Below are positions 54,922 to 64,000 of a DNA stretch of 64,000 nucleotides, in pieces; position 1 is the stretch's first letter; each line of letters starts with the position of its first letter. The stretch is from contig CM119269.1 in the NCBI GenBank assembly GCA_051294375.1, positions 15,325,918-15,389,917 of the forward strand. Direction: 5' to 3'. The translations under genes and the position numbers were made by a program. The notes under the pieces are model-generated. The model saw only the letters and a program-made list of their open reading frames with translations. It had not been told where the DNA came from and ran no database searches. The DNA is from Paraspadella gotoi. Taxonomy: Eukaryota; Animalia; Chaetognatha.

Positions 54922-56138
54922 CTTGGGTTTGGATGAGAAAGAGAGGGATAAGAAGAACAAAGGAGAAGAGGTTGAAGAGCCAAAAAGGGAAAGTAATGAA
55001 AGATGGGAAAATGGAGAATGATGAAATTCATCGACGCGTGAAAAGCCCCGCGACCGCGAGTCGTAACCGCCCCATTTCTTTACTCTTGTGTCGACGAATC
55101 CTACGACAAAAAAAACCAAAAAAACCCAAGGAATAACGTTGAAATACCAGTAAAACTTTAAAAACTTTAGTCCCATTAATACCAATATAGAATGATGACT
55201 TATTTTGAATACGCTACTAATAATAAAATAAAAACATCATCAGCCTCACGTGTCCTGGAAAAGTAGAATGGTGGAATCACCCCATTTTTTACGAACTGAT
55301 CTTCTTACATTTCACGCAATAAAGAATTCAATGAGGGGTAGAATATCAAATATTAATTAAAATTTTAAACCTAAAAATATTAGATATTGAAGAAGATATT
55401 GAGTTTTAAAAAAAATATGTTATTTTAGAAAATTAACATCTCTCCCACTAACCTAGAGATATTGAGCGATTCATACCACCTTAATTCGTACCCAACATTT
55501 GAACTTGATCACGTTGTCTTGGACGAAGCTTCGGTAATGAAATGTACCTTAAAAGTTAAATTAAAAAAGAGAGAAGGCAATAAATGCTAGTTAGTGCTTT
55601 TATGAGTTTTAAGCATTTAAAGATTAAACCGTTGAAAGAAAGGACCGGCTGCGGACACGGCCTCATGCCGCCAGATTCACTGCTTTCGAACAACAAAAAA
55701 GTAAAACGAAACAAAACAGCAATCAATACCACATTTTGTATGACCTTTTATTATTAGGAAAATATATTTACTATGAGTACGGTTAGAGTGAAGAGCACTT
55801 TATATATACATTATACTATTCTTGATTTGTTCGCTGTTGCTTTTCACTAAAATACAGTACAATTTTTGGGTTTTAAATGAATGGATAATTTTTATTTTGG
55901 TTGTACCAATTTCATAATATCACGATTAGTCTTATGAGTATGACGGTACAAATAACTATTACTTTACTAGTATTAGTATATTATTATTTTGTTTTATGAG
56001 TTATTAGTTAATAGATATTGTCATTCTATTTTCGTACAATTCACTTCGCTTTTCAATCTTTTTCAAAAAATTTAATTTTCCTGGACTTAGCCTTAGATCG
56101 TTTACTCCTACAAGTACAACTTCAACAAGTTTACTAAT

Positions 56139-56712
56139 ATAGGGTAGCCATAGCCGATGAAATTTAAATGCTAATGTATACAATGTTAAAATAATCTATC
56201 ATGAGCTTAGATTTTTTTGTCAAAAATTATTTTTTCTGAGGGGACGAGCCTAATTAAAATTATTATGTTACTATATAAAGAAAAAAAAATTTGATGGATT
56301 CTGATAGAGCAAAAAAGTTAAACAAGAAATATAATTACAGCTTTTAAAAATTCTTACGTTTTCTCAGTAAAAATCTAAAAAATCCGATAAAATCATCGAA
56401 AGATCATGATGACGATTTTTTACAGTTTTTCTTATTTTTTACCTACTTATCATAAAAATATTTAAAAAAGAATTATACTTTGTGTAGACAACTTTCTATG
56501 AGCTATCTGAATCTGGTCTTAAAATTTAAAATTTCTCAAAAAAATTTTAGGCCTTTCCTATCTATAAATAAATATTAAAAAATTATATACTAGGGTAGAG
56601 CCATATGAGAAATTTTTTGTCCATTTAAAGTATACTTAAAAATGTATAAATTTTCGTTTGAGAGTGTACTCACAAATTTTTAACTCACCCGCATTGAGTG
56701 CGGCTACCCCTA
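56139..56712. mobile_element. Degenerate foldback/MITE
   Basis: Termini AGGGTAGCC / GGCTACCC. Internal inverted matches (gattctgatag / ctatctgaatc) surround a roughly palindromic AT-rich centre near 56400. Confidence 0.35.
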
Positions 56713-58201
56713 ACATTGGCTATTTTATATATTATATTGTATATTAAATAAACGAGTAATTCGAGTAATTTTTATAGAGGATATGACTTTAATTTATCCA
56801 TTTGATTAACCCTATTTAAATACTAATACCGCATCTTCACATAATTTTCAAAACGAAGGTAAAACCACATGGGTCCCTCCTCGGTCCCCTTCTGAGCTCA
56901 TTAAACTTTAGTACCTGCGGTATTATTACTTGGGCCGCGATTACTCGCGAAGCAACTCTATAAGACACTTCGGTGTCGGTAGGTTGATCGGTCGGTCGGT
57001 CAGCCAGTATGTCTGTCGGACTGTCCTACTCTCGTTTTAAATACCTACTTATTTGTGCACTGTGCAGTCACCCATTCACTGGAAAATGTGTAGCTGATTA
57101 ATTTGTGAATTATTTCAAATGAGATTGACGAAGTCATTTGCATATTGTCGTATTCGGATTAAACTTTGATAAATTTTCATTCTATTGCCCTTAAGGTTTA
57201 ATATTGATATTTTACATTGTTTGTGGTTCAATTAAAAGCGAAATAATTAATTATTTAATTATCATAATTACTTAAATATACTTTTAATTATACTTGTGAT
57301 TCCAGCTTACTTTTCTACATTTAGTAAGAAACATATATTCTATGTATAAATGCGCTCAAATGATCCGAAATTTAATTCGGCATAATTTAGGTTAAGTATC
57401 ATTAAACGTTTGTAAGAAAGTAAATGCTACACAATACATAGAAATTTGTATTACTTGTTCGCTCATACTTAGTAGTTGGCAGCATCTATGTCGTGCTCCC
57501 AACATCTTATTTAAGAAACATCAAAAAGGAGTGGTTGGTAACAAACGAGTATAATAGTGGATAAAAAAAGTTATTTCTCACAGCGAAATTTCTCGCCAAA
57601 GTAATCTTTCGTGAGGTTTTAAATCGTTTCGGTATTTTGGTGTCAAAATTTTTTTAATCATTTTATCCAAATGAGAATCATATTTCTGTTAACATTTTAT
57701 TTTCAACTGAATACAGTCGTTATAAAAGTTTAGAAAAAGTTTTGTTTTTTCCGTCAAACTTCAAAGAAATTACCCTTATCATTACGTTTAAATTTTAAAT
57801 AAAACGTGGAATGCTGTGACAAACTCGATTCAGGATTTAAGGCGGTATCATGCAACGAAAATCCCAGAACAAACTCCCACTAATAGCGCAGAGGTTTTCC
57901 TGAATTTCAACTTTTTTTCTTCGCACCAACGGCCAACGGAGTGAGATTCCTGCAAGGCCCAGAGTTTCTTTTCTCGAGTCACTTTCTTCACAACAAGAAA
58001 TGCTTTAGGTTTAAGTTATGCGTTTTTGTCATTTCTCGCTTATTCATTCACTGAAATCAAGCCTACTATGGAGAGAGGCCTGTCAATAGCTTTTTCTAAG
58101 CATTCTGTCGAGAGATAATAATAATAATAACAATTATAATACGTACTAATCGTATATACTACGACCTAGGGAATCGTATGTTCCGGCCGAGAAAGAAAAA
58201 A

Positions 58202-58252
<51 letters not shown>

Positions 58253-59814
58253 GCGTTTTACTCAAGTTCGGCGCCATAAAGTTTGATTAGGTGGCCTCTC
58301 TTCCGGTTTACGCGGTAGTAAATAAATTTGAAAGAGCTCTCTTGTTTAACGAGGTGAAAACGGAGACGGTGTCTTCTTGAAATTCGTTTCGACAACAAAA
58401 AATCCTTTGTTTAACGAGTCAACAGAATTGTTTACAACTCCCCTTGAGATGGGAAAAATTCCTTTTTTTTTTAGTTTAGTTTGCAATGGTCGCAGTGTTT
58501 AAACTACTCATCTTCACTCCGCCTCATGATTTTTTTTTAGCCTTGCTATATGATATATAGTTGAACGACACTTTTTTTTCATAGTTTCTTTTTTGGAAGC
58601 TAAGAACGTTCCCCGAATTACCTTCTATAAAACTCTGGCGGGTATCCAATCGCAACATTTTTTTGTTATTTTTCCTCTCAAGCTTTTCGTTGGTTTTTGT
58701 TCCAAGTAAAATTAACTTTCGGTCGCCCAAATAAAATTTCATCTTGATAATTCTAATTGCATCCTAAATAATTTTTGCAGACGATCGTCATCGTTTCCGA
58801 CACAGAAAACGATAAAAAAACTTTAAAAAGTGAAGTATACGAATTTTCGATGCCAGAGCTTTTCAAAGCAAAAGTTTCGATTCTGTAATCGGTGAGTATA
58901 ACTTAATTAAAAAATATTCCTAAAGATTCCTAAAGAAAAATGTATAAAGTTCATATAAAGCTTATGAAAAAAATTTTACTTGTACAACGGGAAAAAAGAT
59001 GGAAAATGCAGCTGGTTAATAATTTTGGAGTAATATGAAGAAGGAAGAAAGAAAATGTATCTGGACGAGTATAACTAATTAAAAGGACGATAGGAGTAGT
59101 GGAAGAGAGTTAAAACAGTGGATTTCAGAATAGGTGGAAAACATAATTAATTTAATTATTTTCATTATAATAATCATAAATGATGTTTTATTGGCGATCC
59201 AAGGGATCTTTCCTTTCGGTTTACATCTTCCTAAATATAATCAGATCGTTTACTAATAACTAAAACGAACCTAGCTTCCCCACGCTAAACGGATACAAAA
59301 TTATACTACAATGGTTACATTTTAAAAAGGCAAATAAACTAAAAATTTTGTTAGAGTAAAGACCCGTGATTGTGAATGAAATTATGAATTATCACATAAT
59401 TTACATGTCACATTTTTTAAATAAATTTAAAATTGTGTTCCACAAACATTCCTCATAAATTCTTACGAAATTACGCAAAAAGTTTTGATTTTGACTGAAC
59501 AGTAAAGAGTAGCAAAAATATTGAAATCAAGGAGAATCAAAATTCGGATAGTAGATCATGAGCAGGCTTGTACCCGTGAACATTTTTAAATACTTTTTTT
59601 TTAAATTTTCGCAAACGCCCATATTTATACATACTACTTACCATAGAAAATATCAAAATATTAAAATTTTAAAATGTTTTTTTCTTATTTTTGAAAGCAG
59701 ATTCGAATTCCTCACGAAAAGTTGTTGAAAGAAAACTCTTTTTAAAAAAATATTTCATTATGTGGGTCAAAATCTTTAAAAAATGTTATAGTTAACTTAT
59801 AATTTTATAATGAT

Positions 59815-59994
59815 ATTAGAAGACGTTTTAGTTATTTTTACAACGATTTTATTGTATTGAAACGAACATGTTTCGGCTTACATTCAAGCCTTCATCAACC
59901 GAATTGACGCTGATGAAGGCTTGAATGTAAGCCGAAACATGTTCGTTTTAATACAATAAAATAGTTGTAAAAAATAATTCAAACGTCTTCTAAT
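59815..59994. mobile_element. Palindromic Penelope-like pLTR remnant (inverted duplication of a hammerhead-bearing end)
   Basis: Arms 59815-59897 and 59911-59994 are near-perfect reverse complements around a 13-nt spacer. Each arm has a hammerhead core followed by AATAAA. Confidence 0.65.
59906..59947 (+). ncRNA. Minimal type I hammerhead ribozyme motif (Penelope-like element pLTR type)
   Basis: GACG-CTGATGA-A-GGCTT(gaatgt)AAGCC-GAAA-CATG-TT-CGTT: conserved core, 5-bp stem II, palindromic CATG stem III, 4-bp stem I, GUU triplet. Confidence 0.75.
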
Positions 59995-60654
59995 TTTAAT
60001 ATAAAAAATATTTTTTTTTAAATTTTTATCTAACTTAATAAAATAATTTTTAATTAAGACTTATATTTTCTTTTATCAACATTTTATGAGGAATTTTAAT
60101 CTGCTTTCAAAACTAAAAAAAAACTATTTTAAAGTTTTGACATTTTTTATGGTAATATGTATTGGCGTATGTGAAAATTAAGAAATGAAAAAAAAATTAT
60201 ATATCAATGTTCTTTAGTACAAGACTGTTCATGAACAACTATTCTAATTTTGATCTGTAACTTTCACTACGCCTTAGAACTCACCATAGAAAATGTCAAA
60301 ATTTTTAAATGGTTTTTTCTTATTTTTAAAAGCAGATTGGAATTTCTCAAGAAAAGTTGATAAAAGGAAATATAATTCTTTTTAGAAAATTATTTCATTA
60401 AGAGGGTAAAAATCTTTAAAAACTATTATAATTAACCAATAATTAAATTTTAGTATAAAAAATATAGTTTTTTAATTTTTAGCTAACTTAATAAAATAAT
60501 TTTTGATTAAGACTTATATTTTTTTTATAAACTTTTTATGAGGAATTCGAATCTGCTTTGAAAACTAAGAAAAAGCTTTTTTAAAATTTTGTTATTTTCT
60601 ATGTATAAATATGGGCTAATGCGAAAATTGAAAAATTAAAAAAACAATTTTTTT

Positions 60655-62003
60655 TAGTCGGATCTGCTTATCAGCAGATCCCAACTCTATAATGTCGGGC
60701 ACTAACTTATATCATGTCAGAACATCGAATTATGATAAATTATGAGGACAAAAACAGTTTTATTTGACAACGATTTAATTGACACAATTTAGTCAGACAT
60801 GTTTCGGCTCTTTCACTTAGAGCCTTCATCAGTGCTTAATTTATAAATTATGCAAAAAAATGATGTCCGTCTATCTGTCTGTCCGTCCGTCCGTCCGTCC
60901 GTCCCACCTTAGCAAAAAACACCAATTACTCGTGATTGGATGGATGGATTTGAATGAAATTTTGTGTGTGTGTAGGGAAGTGTGTGATTGAGCTGTATAT
61001 AAAGTTTCGATGGAATCGTCTGAGTGGAAATGAGTTTAAATGAAAAAAACAAAAAAATATAATTCAATATTTGAACACCAATTGCTCATGAGTAGATGGG
61101 ACGATTGACCTGAAATTTTGTATGTGAGTAGGAAAGTGTGTGATTGAACAGGAAACCAAGTTTCGATGGAATCGTTTGAGTGGAAATGAGTTTAAATGGA
61201 AAAAAACAAAAAACCTGTTTAACTAATTGATTATGATTTTTTTCCCTTTTATATTAAATGTATATGTAGGATGTATTAATAAATCAAATAATTAATCAGT
61301 TAATTAATCAATTAGTCAATTAATTAATCACTAATTAATTAATCACTAATTAATTAATCAGTCAATCAATCCGTCCATCCGTCCCACCTTAGCAAAAAGC
61401 CCCAATAACTCGTGATTGGCTGGTTGGATCGGAATGAAATTTTGTGTATGGGTGGGAACATGTGTGATGAAGCTGGATATAAAGTTTCGACGGAATCGTG
61501 TGAGTGGATATGAGTTTAAATGGAAAAAACATAAGTCGCATTTACTAAAATCTTTTTACTTATTTTAACCAATAAATACTCTAATTAATCATAATTGGAT
61601 GGATAGATAGAGTTCAAATTTTATGTGTGGGTAGGGAAATGTGTGACGAAGCTTGATATAAAGTTTCGGTACGAGTGGAAATGAGTTTAAATAAAAAAAA
61701 TATGAGTCACATTTATTTGACTCTTTTTACTTATTTTAACCCATAATAGATTGAGATGAAATTTTGTGAGCGGGAAGGAAAGTTTGTGAAAAAAGCTAGA
61801 TATAAAGTTTTGAATTGTGCCAGTGGAAATGAGTTTAAATGGAAAAAATATAAGTCACATTTACTTTATTTTAAGGACATCGATGATGATAAGCTGTATA
61901 TAAATTTATAATTAATTATTAAATATTAAAATTAATTAATTAATTAATCGATTAATTAATTAATTTTCGTAGGCAGATCCGACATTGTTTGCTCAAACTT
62001 GTT
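60655..62003 (+). mobile_element. Helentron-associated non-autonomous element (HINE / DINE-1-like)
   Basis: SubTIRs GTCGGATCTGC (60657-60667) and GCAGATCCGAC (61973-61983). A nearby partial IR forms the hairpin GGATCTGCT-tatc-AGCAGATCC. There is a (GTCC/GTCT)n microsatellite at 60865-60904, about five internal ~100-120 bp repeats, and a 3' hairpin GTTTG-ct-CAAAC (61987-61998). The element sits in a T-run with no clear TSD. Confidence 0.72.
60789..60838 (-). ncRNA. Minimal type I hammerhead ribozyme motif (Penelope-like element type)
   Basis: The reverse complement reads AGCA-CTGATGA-A-GGCTCT(aagtgaa)AGAGCC-GAAA-CATG-TC-TGACT. GUC triplet, bulged stem I. Confidence 0.75.
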
Positions 62004-62486
62004 TATATATCAATGTTCTCTATTCAAATTTTGATCCGCAACCTTCACTACGCCTTATTGAACAGTGAACAGATTCTGACAGAAAAGTTGTTACAGTACT
62101 TAGAGTTAAGAGATAGCCTTTCTAAGCATCAGTTCGATCTAAGTAATTCAATGAAACACTGACCTTTGAATACATAATTTAGTTATTACTTAATGATAGA
62201 AGGATTCGATCTTTTTTTCGGAAAACAAAGTTCGCACGTATTGGATTTAATTAGTAGCAGTCTGTTATTACAAACCTCGAAGAAAAATGCAAAATACGTT
62301 AAATCTCATTAAAAACAAAAACAGCACCTTTCACACTTGGAAAATATACTGACACTTCAGCGAAAGCTAATACTGACTACCCAATTTCCATTGAATGAAG
62401 ATTTTGTCACTCATCGCGTCTCCAAAAAAAAAAAAATGATTCCCTTCTTGACTTTTCGAAATTTCTTTCATAGCCCAACCCCAACA

Positions 62487-62804
62487 ATGCCGACTAACCA
62501 CAGAAAATGGATATGTCCCGATTGCGAATGGGTTAACAACACAGGCGCTAATCCAAAGTGCGACATGTGTCCCTTCAAAATCGACGCTGCTAAAGGTAAA
62601 TAAACAAGAATCTAGTTAAATCTAGTAGAATGAGCTGGTTTAAACTGTTCCAAGTAAATCCAAATCATTTTTTTCCCTTATTTTATAGGGAAGCAAGTTA
62701 CAATAATTCACGAGAAAAAGGATTGGAGATGCGGAAAATGTAACTGGTTAAACACAGAAGAACAGAAAAGGTGCGGGATATGTTACAATGCCAAAACTGC
62801 ATAA
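62487..62804 (+). CDS. Small 74-aa protein with two RanBP2-type (NZF-like) zinc fingers, two coding exons (62487-62595, 62689-62804)
   Basis: Exon 1 reads MPTNHRKWICPDCEWVNNTGANPKCDMCPFKIDAAK, followed by donor G|gtaaat and acceptor ttttatag|. Exon 2 reads GKQVTIIHEKKDWRCGKCNWLNTEEQKRCGICYNAKTA*. Both fingers fit W-x-C-x2-C-x3-N-x6/7-C-x2-C, and the splice phase is preserved. Confidence 0.82.
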
Positions 62805-63122
62805 AGAAGACAATATTAAGTATTCTGGTAACAATAATGGAAGATAATATAATTATAGAGAGATGAGTAAGATAGATGCTTCATTTTGTTTTTTAAAGGA
62901 AATTTTATCAAGCATGTTAATGATTTAATCATCCGTTAAAAATGTTGAAAAATTATCATTAAATGGTATTACATTAAAATATTTAATTTAATAACATTGT
63001 ACAATGTACATGTATAATGTTGTCTTTTTTCGGAAAGTAAGAAAAATTTGTATATAATTCTTTTCTAGCTACTCACATATCCTAATAATTACCCTTCACA
63101 CTTTAAAAATTAAATATCATAA

Positions 63123-63288
63123 GGAAAAAGTTTAAATTGTGATTCAGCAACGAATTTATTTAATAATAAACGGACATGTTTCGGTTCGGTTTACGAACCT
63201 TCTTCAGTTCAGCGCAGTTAAGGACAGTGAAACATGTCCGTTTATTATTAAATAAATTCATTGCTGAATCACAATTTAAACTTTTTCC
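63123..63288. mobile_element. Second palindromic Penelope-like pLTR remnant
   Basis: Arms 63123-63182 and 63229-63288 (~60 bp, one mismatch seen) are inverted. Both contain GAAACATGTC...AATAAA; the full hammerhead core is present only on the minus strand. Confidence 0.6.
63168..63210 (-). ncRNA. Minimal type I hammerhead ribozyme motif (stem I disrupted)
   Basis: The reverse complement reads CTGAAGA-A-GGTTCG(taaac)CGAACC-GAAA-CATG-TC. The core and stem II are intact; stem I pairing is poor. Confidence 0.62.
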
Positions 63289-64000
63289 ATATGTCCCAAA
63301 CGCAACGAAAAATAAAGGAAATTATAACAAATTAAATATCTAAAAGTGAAAGAACTGACGAATTCCCAGAAAGCCTAATTAAAAGTTTGATTTAATAAAT
63401 CTACAAATAGCGATACAAGTTTGCAGTTTACCTACAAATTGTTAGATGTTAAAGTTACGGTTTTTCATTCTTAGTAAAAACTAGATAGTATCTTTCGCTT
63501 ATCTTTCCACTTTTTCTCCATAACTTTAGATAGAATTGATAGAATTGTATCGACTATCGACGATAGCATCGTGTACCCGTTCCCTGTCGATGTTCTTTTT
63601 TGACCTCGTCTTGCCAAAAGATAGCAGTATTTTCCGACAACAAAAAATGAAGTAATAATTAAATAAAAGAACATATAATCAAAATTGTTCCTGATCTTTA
63701 AAAAATTGCGGTTTAATTTTCAAAAAGTGTTCTGTACAATCGTAAAACTGTCTTCTATTTCAAAATTCAGTTGTGTAACATACATCGGGAAAGGGGAACC
63801 TAAATAAAAGGACGTAACTGTCAGGTGAGACCATTGCCAATTTCAGATTTTTTCAAGATCCTCACATGAAGTGATTACCAACTATTTAACCCAATTCTTC
63901 AGAAAATTAGTTCAAAATTTTATTCAGTATTTGCATAATAACGCTAATATGGGTGAGTAATAGTGACTGTAGCTGTAACGCCTTTTGTTTAAGAGAAATG

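Larger units (their letters stand above)
59536..60254. mobile_element. AT-rich MITE/foldback element with ~200-bp degenerate inverted arms (copy 1), interrupted by the hammerhead palindrome
   Basis: atcaaaatt...catgagcaggcttgtac...accatagaaaa...gaaagcagattcgaattcctca at the left is mirrored by tgaggaattttaatctgctttc...ttatggt...gtacaagactgttcatg...aattttgat at the right. Confidence 0.65.
60284..62057. mobile_element. Second, 5'-truncated copy of the same MITE, split by a HINE insertion
   Basis: 60284-60650 aligns with 59640-60195 minus the palindrome. The sequence resumes at 62004 (atatatcaatgttct...ttttgatcc...cactacgcctta), matching 60200-60275. Confidence 0.6.

Noticed and set aside
53985-55031. 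348-aa Pro/Leu-rich ORF
   Set aside because: An alternative frame of the same C-rich low-complexity tract; less protein-like than the 54921 frame.
60940-61860. Regularly recurring ~100-bp units separated by variable sequence (superficially CRISPR-like)
   Set aside because: Eukaryotic context, long degenerate units and no cas genes; explained as internal repeats of the HINE.

Overview
Eukaryotic (invertebrate-like metazoan) genomic DNA from a draft assembly with three N gaps. It falls into three zones. (1) 1-36 kb is rich in GA, GAC and GAT microsatellites. It carries a hidden ~13-exon minus-strand gene (6716-18670, ~457 aa) with an N-terminal TIR-like domain and a central beta-rich domain, a probable terminal exon of a plus-strand gene, and a ~3.9 kb fold-back centred on a 25-N gap that is probably an assembly artefact. 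(2) 36.7-53.4 kb holds two compact tandem minus-strand housekeeping genes: Nup155, which has two GC-AG introns, and SRRM1. (3) 54-64 kb is AT-rich. It contains a Pro/His-rich ORF with a signal-peptide-like start, nested non-autonomous transposons (MITE > Helentron/DINE-1-like HINE), three different minimal type-I hammerhead-ribozyme motifs of the Penelope-like-element kind (two of them in short palindromic inserts), and a two-exon gene for a 74-aa protein with two RanBP2-type zinc fingers. Most ORFs in the supplied track are microsatellite or antisense shadows. All gene models were spliced by eye and no database searches were run.
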